Shown here: positions 29,864-38,964 of the stretch, in pieces
Layout of the letters: each line of letters opens with the position of its first letter
Position numbering within the stretch: position 1 is the first letter of the stretch
Virus record (IMG/VR): IMGVR_UViG_3300026319_000007
Span: 1 to 50,716 of that record
Length of the DNA: 50,716 nucleotides
Reading direction: 5' to 3' (one strand)
Source of the DNA: a virus
Taxonomy: Duplodnaviria; Caudoviricetes
Translations under genes and position numbers: made by a program
The notes under the pieces: model-generated
Databases searched by the model: none
What the model was told of the DNA's origin: nothing
What the model saw: the letters and a program-made list of their open reading frames with translations, nothing else

Positions 29864-30161
29864 TGTATTGTACCGCAGTTTTCCAATAGTCCAATCCCAG
29901 AATCTCCGCCATTCTCTGCCCGCCATAGGGATTGCCCGTATGGAACTGCACTATGGGACGCTTTGGCATCAGGGCTATGTACCGAGCGACGGGCTCGAAA
30001 GTCTCGAATCCCCTGGTTCCCGGAATCGATTGCTGGATGTCGTGGTCTAGGCTCACGACCTCGACAGGAACCGTCGCCAAAAGCCTGATAGCATCCGTGA
30101 TGGTGCTGGCCTTGTACCAATCTACCCATTCCTTTCTGATGTCATCAACAAAAAGCTTCAT
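29853..30161 (-). CDS. Cyclic-phosphate-processing receiver-domain-like protein
   Basis: KLFVDDIR...VSLDHD...HTGNPYG signature. Confidence 0.75.
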   Translation of the reverse strand: MKLFVDDIRKEWVDWYKASTITDAIRLLATVPVEVVSLDHDIQQSIPGTRGFETFEPVARYIALMPKRPIVQFHTGNPYGGQRMAEILGLDYWKTAVQYNEG

Positions 30162-30198
30162 GTTTTTCTTGCCCGTCTAGTTAAATAAGTTACTTTCA

Positions 30199-30429
30199 TT
30201 ATCGTAATCCATTCATAATTCCAAAACATCCGCTACATTTAGCTTGATAGTTTTTATCTGTTAATGAACAGTCTGTTTTACAAAATTTGCATCGCCCAAC
30301 AATGACAGTTAAATTAGCTTCATTTGTTCCCTGAACATGAATGTGACCACTCCAAACTATTGCCAATTCTTGCGGATGATATATGCATGTTCGCATATAT
30401 AATCCAATAGTAATTTTAAGTTTTTTCAT
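30199..30429 (-). CDS. Cys-rich hypothetical protein
   Basis: Likely start MKKLKITI; CxxH/CxxC motifs. Confidence 0.45.
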   Translation of the reverse strand: MKKLKITIGLYMRTCIYHPQELAIVWSGHIHVQGTNEANLTVIVGRCKFCKTDCSLTDKNYQAKCSGCFGIMNGLR

Positions 30430-30581
30430 TTTAACACCCTGCTGGGGAATCCTCATTTTCCACGATGATGCTGCCGCATCCCATCCTGGTGCAACTATAA
30501 ACACTTCGTTCCGGTGACGACACCAGGCTATTGTACTCAAATTTGCAGACATGCTTATCTTTGCTTTGTCTGATACGCTTA

Positions 30582-30908
30582 TTATTTTTTAATTTTTTCA
30601 TTTGTTCTTCCTTTTCTTTCAAGAACCAATGCGGTTCTACTGAGGATTGTTGGAATCACTTGTTCCAGGATTTCATGTTGCTCTTTTTCAGATGGAACCC
30701 GGATCGCCACTGTGCTGATTATGAAGAACCACAGGTGGAGGAGCTCATGAAGCATCGTTTCTGAAAAAATGTATCCATCCTTCAGCGCCAGATCGGATAG
30801 ATAGATTCTGAACTTCTTCTTATCCACGCTTGTCAGCCCGTAGCAGGCATCCCTGCCGTGGTACAGCCTCTTTCGGCTTTTTATAGTACCCGAAAGGTCA
30901 ATCTTCAT
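30582..30908 (-). CDS. Small HExxH zincin-like metallopeptidase
   Basis: CYGLT...IYLS...ETMLHELLH. Confidence 0.7.
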   Translation of the reverse strand: MKIDLSGTIKSRKRLYHGRDACYGLTSVDKKKFRIYLSDLALKDGYIFSETMLHELLHLWFFIISTVAIRVPSEKEQHEILEQVIPTILSRTALVLERKGRTNEKIKK

Positions 30909-31594
30909 TTGTCCATAATCCGTAGGTCCGGCTGAAGCCCATACTCACCCAATGCCTTCCTGTTCTTTCGGAGAAAGAACACGATGGAATCCAGGCTTTG
31001 TGCCTGGGAGAGATGTGTTACGCCAAGTCCGACAATCGCCACGGAAACCGCGCACCCGACCAGTTCCTCATTCTTGTTGAACACCACCCCGCCAGAATTT
31101 CCTGGAAGCACCGACTCGTCCATGAATAGGATGTCCCCGTCAACCTTCGCCACCTTGCCCCACGATTGCGTTCCAGTTAGAGCCAGGGGAGATCCAAGGG
31201 TGGAAATATCCTCTCCCTGGGTCACTGAGGATGCCAGAAGGAAATAAGAGGTATTGCGCCTGTCTATGTGGATCAAGGCCAGATCTTGCAGGGCTGAGGA
31301 GCTTACGATAGTGCCGCGATACTCTTTGTTGTCGGAGGTCACTACCATTATAGTGTCCGCATCCTCCGTGCAATGTTTTGCCGTAATTATATCGCCGTAA
31401 CCGTCGATAAATCCGGCAGAGCAGACGAAGTGCCTGTCAACGAGGAGAGGCACTTTCTTCTTTCCATGTCGCATCTCAACCGTATTGGTGATATCGGCTT
31501 TTGTTATTTGAAGTTCGACGACCTTTGGGGTAACATCAGCCTTTGCCATTTGTATTGCCCCAAGAAAAAGCAAAATTCCAACTAATTTTTTCAT
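30905..31594 (-). CDS. Exported trypsin-like serine protease
   Basis: Signal peptide ending AKA; catalytic triad TAKHC, DLAL, GNSGG. Confidence 0.88.
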   Translation of the reverse strand: MKKLVGILLFLGAIQMAKADVTPKVVELQITKADITNTVEMRHGKKKVPLLVDRHFVCSAGFIDGYGDIITAKHCTEDADTIMVVTSDNKEYRGTIVSSSALQDLALIHIDRRNTSYFLLASSVTQGEDISTLGSPLALTGTQSWGKVAKVDGDILFMDESVLPGNSGGVVFNKNEELVGCAVSVAIVGLGVTHLSQAQSLDSIVFFLRKNRKALGEYGLQPDLRIMDK

Positions 31595-31734
31595 CCTGGC
31601 TCCTTATTCATTAAATGAGTCGAAAATTCTATCGATAACTTCGATCAAAAGAACACTTCCAACAAATAATACTAAAAGAATAAAAGTAGCTGCAATTAAG
31701 CCTAAAAATCCCTCAAGTAATAAATCTGTAAACA

Positions 31735-32454
31735 TCAGATCTTTCCCGACACATCCACAATAACTTCCTTTTCCCTTGTGTTGAGATAGAGAATTGCGAA
31801 TCCCTTGCGCTGCGGAGCATAGTAAGCTTCGTCAGCATAGGAAGGGAAATTCAGTAGGCTTCCTGTATTGACAAGAGTAACATCGTGTCGTACTCTCTTT
31901 CCTTGCTTATTTATATCCCAAAATCCACGGTTGGTTGTCGCAAGTTCATGAGTGTGAGAACAAGCGCAAACATCCGCTGAGGGAAATTGGCGCATAAGAG
32001 TAACCGAATTTCCGAAGGTGTTTGAACCAAATCCAGTTCCATGCTTGTAGGCCACGCCGTAGTTGACCTTTCCGGCCTTGACCACGACAAATCCCTGGTT
32101 GGGATTGTAAAGTTTTTTGAGCCCGAGATGCTTTGCAAGCTCATAGTCCATGTCAATCCCCGCCTCGTGCCGAGTTCTTCCCGAGTGATTTCCCTGGACC
32201 AATCCAAGGATCTTCTTCCGAATTGGATAGAATAACTCCTCTCCATAATCCAATTGCTCTTGGGGAGTCAGAACTTGATCAAACATCATATGGCCCTTTT
32301 TGGGAATTACATTCTCGAAATTGTCGGACAGGAGAAGTGCATTGGCATCAGTCTCCTTAACAAAGTTCACATATCTCTGGGCCATCTTAAGGTCGGCATT
32401 GCGGTGTCCGATGTGAACGCATCCAAAAATCACTAATGGCCTATAATTTTTCAC
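31735..32454 (-). CDS. Calcineurin-like metallophosphoesterase
   Basis: CVH, SD, GNH, HG, SHTH motifs in the expected order. Confidence 0.8.
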   Translation of the reverse strand: MKNYRPLVIFGCVHIGHRNADLKMAQRYVNFVKETDANALLLSDNFENVIPKKGHMMFDQVLTPQEQLDYGEELFYPIRKKILGLVQGNHSGRTRHEAGIDMDYELAKHLGLKKLYNPNQGFVVVKAGKVNYGVAYKHGTGFGSNTFGNSVTLMRQFPSADVCACSHTHELATTNRGFWDINKQGKRVRHDVTLVNTGSLLNFPSYADEAYYAPQRKGFAILYLNTREKEVIVDVSGKI

Positions 32455-33358
32455 TTGTCACCTCTTCAGTTTTAAACATTGATTCTGCCAATTTTTGCTT
32501 GTAAAATTCCGGAAAGCCTCCCATGATTCCTCTGCTGATCTGGGGCCATGCCTGCTTAAACAACTCCTCTTTAATCTCTTCGGCTCGTTCCTTGAAAACA
32601 TCCTGGCCAATCTCTTTAAGAATAGGGCCGATGTCCTGGGGGGCATTCAACAACTTGCTATCCTCCCGAAGGTGCTGTATGGCCTTGTTCCATGTTGCCT
32701 CGGTCTTGTACATCAAAATTATGTTCTGCACCACGTCCTTGCTATTCGGATTCGACTTCTTCCATTCGGCTTTGTGATCTTCCTTGAACTTCTCGCTCAC
32801 CCACTTTCCCATCAGGGTTTTTTTGTCAACTCCAAACTGATCATATGCCTTGATGACAAAGCCCTCGATCTTGCTTCCTCCAAGAAAGGATTCTCGATCA
32901 AAAAATTCTCGAAGAGTATTAACATCCTTAACCAGACCATGCCAAAATGCTGGAACTACTTCAAGATCTAATCGAGCTGCTTCAATACATTTAACAGCAT
33001 GACTAACATATTTTTGATCTCCCATATCAATATCAAAGATCACAATATTATGTAAAGGAACTCGTCCATAAGTAAGTGTATTATGGTGTTCTCTAAAAAG
33101 AACCTCTCCCCGAAAAGTCCAGTTGAGTGGAAGCAGGTGCCGAATCGACATCACATACTCGCAAGCGCCTTTGAAGAGCTTATTGTCTATCGGCGGGTAT
33201 AGTATAGCCCCTTTTGACTTCATTATCAAGCCCCCAGCTTCATACATCCCAAAAGAGAATTGAGAGCCATCCACCTTCTCTTCAATTAACACCTCTGAAT
33301 TAAAGAGTGTTTCTATACGCTTATGCCCCAGATTGTAAATCGAGCTATAGCTGTTCAT
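32441..33358 (-). CDS. ATP-dependent RNA ligase (Rnl2-like)
   Basis: EEKVDGSQF (motif I), RGE, IFDI, EGFVIK, MGKWVSEKF. Confidence 0.8.
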   Translation of the reverse strand: MNSYSSIYNLGHKRIETLFNSEVLIEEKVDGSQFSFGMYEAGGLIMKSKGAILYPPIDNKLFKGACEYVMSIRHLLPLNWTFRGEVLFREHHNTLTYGRVPLHNIVIFDIDMGDQKYVSHAVKCIEAARLDLEVVPAFWHGLVKDVNTLREFFDRESFLGGSKIEGFVIKAYDQFGVDKKTLMGKWVSEKFKEDHKAEWKKSNPNSKDVVQNIILMYKTEATWNKAIQHLREDSKLLNAPQDIGPILKEIGQDVFKERAEEIKEELFKQAWPQISRGIMGGFPEFYKQKLAESMFKTEEVTSEKL

Positions 33359-33860
33359 TATTTGTTTCCTTGGCGTTATTCAATAATTTCATGAAACAGA
33401 ACCAGTGTGTTTTAGATTTTGACCCACTTGGATGGCCAAATAAAGGCTCGCGTTGAAGTATAGAAAGTATTTCCTTGGTCTTAATCTCTACTTCATTCCA
33501 CTTAAAAATTAATGTGCCAAAAGGTTTTAAAACTCGCCAACATTCATCAAATCCCTTTTTAAGATCATTTTGCCAAGTATTAGGATTTAATCGTCCATAA
33601 GTCTTTCCCATATCAGCAGTTTCAGAAAAAGTGCTGATGTGTGGAGGATCAAATACTACTAATGAAAAAGAATTATCTGGAAATTGTAGAGCTCTAAAAT
33701 CCATTATTTCGTCAGGCATAACTTGATGATTAGGCCGATGAATGCGATGACCTTTTTCTGCTACACGATTATCAACATAAATAGCATTTTTATGTGTCTT
33801 ATTGAACCAAAACATTCGACCCCCGCAACAAGCATCTAAAATAAATTTATTTTTTAGCAT
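33345..33860 (-). CDS. SAM-dependent methyltransferase (amino-MTase-like, DPPH)
   Basis: ILDACCGGRMFW; VFDPPH; RVLKPFGTLIFKW. Confidence 0.85.
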   Translation of the reverse strand: MLKNKFILDACCGGRMFWFNKTHKNAIYVDNRVAEKGHRIHRPNHQVMPDEIMDFRALQFPDNSFSLVVFDPPHISTFSETADMGKTYGRLNPNTWQNDLKKGFDECWRVLKPFGTLIFKWNEVEIKTKEILSILQREPLFGHPSGSKSKTHWFCFMKLLNNAKETNNEQL

Positions 33861-34206
33861 CTAAATTCTCCAATTTCATTTTTTCAATCTCATTGATCTT
33901 ATAAGTATCACCAGTATCTTCAAACTTAAATTTCAAATAGTCAGCTACGGCTTTGGTTTCTTTGGTACCCAAAAGAAGGTCATTGAACATGACAGCGAAG
34001 ACGGTGAACTTCCCGTCTACCAAATCGCCATACACCATAACTTCCTCTTGGCAAAAGGCGGCGAGCTTGTCCGCAGTACTCTGCTTCTCCGACTGGCCTA
34101 TTCCAGCCCTGTCCAAATCAGGATGGACGGTATCGTCGAGGAAATTCTGCCTCAGTTTCCCCTTCTTATACTGCAAGTAGTTTAGCATTTGACTTTCTAA
34201 CCCCAA
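33847..34206 (-). CDS. Hypothetical protein
   Basis: ORF track; coupling. Confidence 0.5.
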   Translation of the reverse strand: MGLESQMLNYLQYKKGKLRQNFLDDTVHPDLDRAGIGQSEKQSTADKLAAFCQEEVMVYGDLVDGKFTVFAVMFNDLLLGTKETKAVADYLKFKFEDTGDTYKINEIEKMKLENLDAKK

Positions 34207-34209
34207 AGA

Positions 34210-34473
34210 CTATTTATTTTTAAAGCTCAGTAGGGCCTGCGTATAGAGCGCATTAATCTGTCCCTCGGACATCTGCGGAATCGATTCAATATTCTGATAC
34301 TGACTCAGCTCGACAAAATAAACTCTTATCGCCTCTTTTTTAACTTCCAAAGGGGCCGACAATGCAACTGAATCGAATCGAGTCTCGTCTTCTCGGATCA
34401 AGTCCCTCTTGGCGGCATTGCTGGCCCCAAATATGGCCAGGCTACCCACTATGAATGCTATCAGAATTCCCAT
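34210..34473 (-). CDS. Membrane-anchored hypothetical protein
   Basis: N-terminal hydrophobic helix; AGGAG RBS. Confidence 0.55.
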   Translation of the reverse strand: MGILIAFIVGSLAIFGASNAAKRDLIREDETRFDSVALSAPLEVKKEAIRVYFVELSQYQNIESIPQMSEGQINALYTQALLSFKNK

Positions 34474-34559
34474 GTTAATTTATCTCCTATAACTTTATTT
34501 TAAATGCCGAGCTAAGAAAACCATTATTGCAGCAATTATATTAGCAGCAACTCCAATCA

Positions 34560-34835
34560 TTAAATTCCAAATAACCAGCGACGGCTTGCTTCTGCATAAA
34601 GTTCATCATAGAGAGGATGGAGAGATTCTTCATTTTCGAGCATATCAATATCTTGCTCGATATCCCATGAGGCTTGTTCCCCTGTAAGATTACATGAAAA
34701 AGAATAAGCAGCATTTATTTCCAATTGATGAACACGCTGGAGCATTTTGATAGTGTTTAGAAGATGAGAATCAGTCATATCTTTGATTCTAATTTTCTCA
34801 CCACCACGCATTGTCCACTTCTTAATATTACCCAT
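34560..34835 (-). CDS. Phage hypothetical protein (WT..G..I.I.DMTDSHL.N type)
   Basis: Likely start MGNIKKW. Confidence 0.55.
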   Translation of the reverse strand: MGNIKKWTMRGGEKIRIKDMTDSHLLNTIKMLQRVHQLEINAAYSFSCNLTGEQASWDIEQDIDMLENEESLHPLYDELYAEASRRWLFGI

Positions 34836-35175
34836 TTGTGTTTCCATCAATAATAATTGTTTTTGCACTGTCAAATGTGGTACTTGCCTTAATTCTTTCA
34901 ATTGAGAGATAGTTTAAGACTCTACGAGCTGCTTCATAATCAAGTCTGCCAATAACATACTTATTACATCGGTAACAAAGTAATCCCCGAACTTGCCCAG
35001 TTTTATGGTTATGATCTACATTTAATTTACGTTTAAATTCATTCTCTGATTTTTGGCAAAGTCCACATTTACCATTCTGAGCGACGAATAATTTTTGACG
35101 CTGTTCTTTTGCTCCTGCTTCAGTGAATTGTGGCCAATACTTTCTTAAGCCGTAAAGTTTAGATTTTTTCCTCAT
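34828..35175 (-). CDS. Endonuclease VII-like (recombination / Holliday junction resolvase)
   Basis: QNGKCGLC...[19 protein letters not shown]. Confidence 0.85.
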   Translation of the reverse strand: MRKKSKLYGLRKYWPQFTEAGAKEQRQKLFVAQNGKCGLCQKSENEFKRKLNVDHNHKTGQVRGLLCYRCNKYVIGRLDYEAARRVLNYLSIERIKASTTFDSAKTIIIDGNTNG

Positions 35176-35780
35176 ACTTTACTCTTAAGAGCACATTTAA
35201 CTATATTCCAAAGTGTTATTAAATCCTCAGGTGTTTTATTTACTTCGGCAGGTTGAATAAAATCAAATCCTGAATAATCATCTAATGCTGTTTCTGAAAG
35301 ATTCTTTTTTGTTTCTTCACTGACTGCATTATCACGACTTGAATGACGCTCAAGTCGAATCAAAAATCCCCCAGAATTTTTTATGGCATCCGCCTCATTG
35401 GGAAACCTCACATCGGTGATCATGTAGTTCTCGTCGGCGTTAGTGCCAGCTATTTTCCCGAGGATAACTTTAACCCAATAAAGGGAATCGAATTGACGAT
35501 AAAAATGGCCATACTCAATCATCATTTCCCTTGGCGTCCAATATAATGTTGAATTTATTGTCGATCCATCCTCGTCAAATGAAACTATTCTGCCACTTTT
35601 ATAGTGCGTCGGCTTTTCTTTAAGAAATCCATCCGTATGCTCGGTGGTGAGATCAAAATCTTCCCGAAGTTTTTTCTTTAGTTCATCGGCAAAAGCTAGC
35701 CTTTTCCATCCATCCTTGGCCGCAATAGAGGCAAGTAAATCTTTCCCCGCATGAGCTTTTCCAGATATTCCAATTATCAT
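35172..35780 (-). CDS. Deoxynucleoside monophosphate kinase
   Basis: GKAHAGKD P-loop, AFADELK, TPREMM, TDVRFPNE, SETALD. Confidence 0.9.
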   Translation of the reverse strand: MIIGISGKAHAGKDLLASIAAKDGWKRLAFADELKKKLREDFDLTTEHTDGFLKEKPTHYKSGRIVSFDEDGSTINSTLYWTPREMMIEYGHFYRQFDSLYWVKVILGKIAGTNADENYMITDVRFPNEADAIKNSGGFLIRLERHSSRDNAVSEETKKNLSETALDDYSGFDFIQPAEVNKTPEDLITLWNIVKCALKSKV

Positions 35781-36181
35781 TGCGAAACTCCCGCATAAAA
35801 TTCCTGAACTAGCTTTTCCATTTGTTTTATGGCTACCTTGTACTCTTCGAGGTCACCATTTTTTATCCGTGCAAATCTCTCATAGAATGAGCCTATTCGG
35901 CTGTAAAACTCAAGCCATGCACATCCCCTGGCGATATTTCGATCTACAGGGTTGATGCCTTCAGCAATCAACCTATCTTCCACTAATTTGACATCATAGA
36001 TTGCCTCTGGGAAAATAGAGGCCTTTCCAATTCTGTGAATATTATGATATCGCTGATTTCCGGGTTGGTTCCAAAAGGCCAAGTATGCCTTTGAATAGAG
36101 AAAATTCCAATCACCTTCCTTATCAGGAAACACAGAGGGAATTTCAAGTTCCTTTTTACGATTAGTTGGGAGATAGGGCAT
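35777..36181 (-). CDS. Conserved phage protein (DUF6899-like)
   Basis: MPYL...GDWNF...LEFYSRIGSFYE...NGDL pattern, recognised from memory. Confidence 0.6.
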   Translation of the reverse strand: MPYLPTNRKKELEIPSVFPDKEGDWNFLYSKAYLAFWNQPGNQRYHNIHRIGKASIFPEAIYDVKLVEDRLIAEGINPVDRNIARGCAWLEFYSRIGSFYERFARIKNGDLEEYKVAIKQMEKLVQEFYAGVSQ

Positions 36182-36347
36182 TTTGTATGGCCTCCTTCGC
36201 CTCGATTTGTGCATGCAGGGCCATCAAAGTACTTCGTACGAGTTCTCGTTGATTCTCCATTTTTGCAATCCGATAGTCATATTTGTCAATGAGTTGCATG
36301 CATCGAACAACCTGAATTTTCAGTTTGGATAAATTTGTTCTTGACAT
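36162..36347 (-). CDS. Coiled-coil hypothetical protein
   Basis: GAGG RBS; coupling. Confidence 0.5.
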   Translation of the reverse strand: MSRTNLSKLKIQVVRCMQLIDKYDYRIAKMENQRELVRSTLMALHAQIEAKEAIQNALSPN

Positions 36348-36392
36348 TAGTATATTACCTCACTATTTTTTGTTTGGCTGTTAATTGGTACA

Positions 36393-36920
36393 TTATCGAA
36401 ATAACTCCTTTAATTTGTCAATATTATGTTTAATCATTGCTAAAGGCCAAAAATGAAGTCTCCAAAGAATTCTTGTATACCTTGTTTTATGTGTCTTCAA
36501 AGCATCTTCAATGGCTAATTCAAAATTATCAGTAACAAAATCATCCTCATAATAACAAACAGCAGCTTTAATTGGAAGTTGTCCTTTAGGAAATACACTT
36601 ATAACCTTTTTCCATAAATAATAACGTGCATACCCATATTCTCTAATAACTCCTAAAGAGGATAAATGAGGTGACATATTAAATACAATATCAGCTTCTC
36701 GAATCATGGCTTTATCTCTTGGCCAATATTGATCCATTGCCTTTTTTGAAGAACGAAGGACTTCTTTGGTTGAAGCAACATTTTCTTCAGTCACAGGGCA
36801 TAAAACTTTAAAGCCTGCTTTTTCAAGTTGTTCTTTATCTTTGACTGCTTCGACAACAACCTCTTCTTTAATTCTTCCAGTCATTGCTCGGGCTGTATAA
36901 CATATAGGTTGTCTTGTCAT
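36393..36920 (-). CDS. Nucleoside 2-deoxyribosyltransferase / NMP N-glycosidase-like protein
   Basis: YTARAMTG...GFKVLCP...DKAMIREAD...SLGVIREYGYA (catalytic Glu motif). Confidence 0.7.
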   Translation of the reverse strand: MTRQPICYTARAMTGRIKEEVVVEAVKDKEQLEKAGFKVLCPVTEENVASTKEVLRSSKKAMDQYWPRDKAMIREADIVFNMSPHLSSLGVIREYGYARYYLWKKVISVFPKGQLPIKAAVCYYEDDFVTDNFELAIEDALKTHKTRYTRILWRLHFWPLAMIKHNIDKLKELFR

Positions 36921-36926
36921 AATATA

Positions 36927-36955
36927 AGTATATCAGGAATTCTCATCATCGTCAA
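36927..36955 (-). promoter_or_regulatory. Sigma70-type promoter (TTGACG-17-TATACT, extended -10)
   Basis: Near-consensus hexamers with 17-nt spacing; ATG 6 nt after the -10 box. Confidence 0.7.
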
Positions 36956-37080
36956 TAGACTTTTTACTTAAATACTGTGTCAATCTCTCCAAATTGATGC
37001 CAAAAAGCACACCAAAACAGAAGGCTAAGAGATTTAGCAAAATTAATTCATACATTAACCATCGCATTGCTTCATTCATA

Positions 37081-38964
37081 TTATTCTCCTTTTGCTTCCG
37101 CCCAGGACTTTCCAACTCCAATGTCTGCCACCAAGGGCACTCGAAGGCTCACAATATTTTCCATTGAGTATTTAATTTGGGCCAGCGCCTCATCAACATT
37201 GGCATTTTCAATTTGATAATTCAGTTCGTCGTGAATCAGAAGATTTGGAACATACCCATACTCTTTATAAATTCTTAAAGTTGCAAGTTTACACATAGAA
37301 CTAGCAGTGCCTTGAACTAAAATACTCATTGCACTCCGTTCTGCTTCTTCTCTCATAAAACAATTTCTGCAAAACTTACCAGACTTTGAGCAATTCCAAT
37401 TTCCACAAGTCAACACAAGTTGAGGAATAGATACCCATCTACCATACCAATCGGTTACACCTCGATTAGCTCTTGCTTTTCTTTTCTCTTCTTTGAGCCA
37501 TGCTGCCAGGACTGGATATCCTTCCCAAAACTTTTCAAAGAGTCTTTCAGCTTCTTTTTCAACAACATTTAATTCATTGGCTAATCGAGAAGCTGTGCCT
37601 GAATTAGTAAGAAGGAAGTTACAAGTTTTTGCAATAGTACGTTTTTCTTGATAATCAGATCGAGATTCTACATCATTACCAAAGATTAATTGAGCAGTTA
37701 CTTTATGAACATCTCCACCGTCAGACTTAAGATATTCATTTACAAGTTTAGGTTCTCTTGAAAAATGTGCTGGAAGTCGAAGTTCAATATTGCTCCAGTC
37801 TGCATTGATAAATTTTGAACCATCATCAGCCACAAATGCTTCACGAACTTCAGGTGGTTGATTTTGAAGATTTACTGGATCGGAACTGCTGAGGCGTCCT
37901 GTAATAGTGTTCTGCGCAAATCGTGCATGAATATGGTGGTTGGCATCCTTGATGGCATTGGTATAAAGTGGAGTGGTATAAGTCGAGCATAGCTTTTGGT
38001 AACCGCGATACTCAAGAAGAATCGATATCATAGGATTTTTGCTATAACGATTTAAAGTGCTCTCATCGGTTTTTTTAACTCCGATCCCATTTGATTGAAG
38101 GACATTGAGAACCTGCTTTGGAGAATTGAGGTTAATGGTTCGATTGGCTAGCCGCGTGAACTCTTTTCGATATTGTCGTCGAGACTTACTGAACTGATTG
38201 TGCAGTTGGAGAATTTTTTTGGTATCAATTTTAACTCCCTGTTTTTCAGTATGATAGAGAAGGCGATTCATCGGCATCTCGATAGTCTCGAAAAAATTCT
38301 TCTGAGCCACAGAAAAATTGGTTTCTAACCATTTCCATAATTTGAACTGGAAGAAAACATCACAAGCATTATAAGCAGCTACATACTCTTTAGGCATTTT
38401 ATCCAATGTCAATTCTTTTGGATATACCACACCTTTTTTCTTTTGAACCATTAAATTTGAATCCTGATCACAAACTTGTTTGATCATCTCCACATTCGTT
38501 GTCATCTCCTCATATGTAGGGTATTCAACGCCAAAAGTATCTTTGATAAGAGGCTTAAGAGAATAATTTTTACGAGAGGAGTCATACACATAGAAACCAA
38601 TTTTAGTATCAAAATACAATTGATCAATCGTAACGCCAGCCGAAGTGAGCCAAGGGATTTCAGCTCTCTTACCATCTTGCGCCACAAAGCCAACAGTACG
38701 GAGGTAAGCAAGAAGCTGAGGACGAACATCGAAATATATATAAGCATCCCGCCCATTGCCACAAATGCCCACGCAAACAATTTTGAAATCACGATCAGTA
38801 ACCTCCTTTCCATTTGTTTCTAAGTCAATAGAAGCAATAGTCTCAGTGGGAAAATGTTCATAGTCATCAATATGGACTATTCCTCCATATTGTTCTATGC
38901 CCCAATCAAATTTACTTTTCGGTAATGTAACCGGAGTTTCGGACAATAATTCCATTTTGAACAT
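37081..38964 (-). CDS. polA: DNA polymerase family A with 3'-5' exonuclease domain
   Basis: DLET and YNACD exonuclease motifs; TGRLSS, DWSNIELR, RxxAKxxNF, QGTA, IHDEL. Confidence 0.95.
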   Translation of the reverse strand: MFKMELLSETPVTLPKSKFDWGIEQYGGIVHIDDYEHFPTETIASIDLETNGKEVTDRDFKIVCVGICGNGRDAYIYFDVRPQLLAYLRTVGFVAQDGKRAEIPWLTSAGVTIDQLYFDTKIGFYVYDSSRKNYSLKPLIKDTFGVEYPTYEEMTTNVEMIKQVCDQDSNLMVQKKKGVVYPKELTLDKMPKEYVAAYNACDVFFQFKLWKWLETNFSVAQKNFFETIEMPMNRLLYHTEKQGVKIDTKKILQLHNQFSKSRRQYRKEFTRLANRTINLNSPKQVLNVLQSNGIGVKKTDESTLNRYSKNPMISILLEYRGYQKLCSTYTTPLYTNAIKDANHHIHARFAQNTITGRLSSSDPVNLQNQPPEVREAFVADDGSKFINADWSNIELRLPAHFSREPKLVNEYLKSDGGDVHKVTAQLIFGNDVESRSDYQEKRTIAKTCNFLLTNSGTASRLANELNVVEKEAERLFEKFWEGYPVLAAWLKEEKRKARANRGVTDWYGRWVSIPQLVLTCGNWNCSKSGKFCRNCFMREEAERSAMSILVQGTASSMCKLATLRIYKEYGYVPNLLIHDELNYQIENANVDEALAQIKYSMENIVSLRVPLVADIGVGKSWAEAKGE

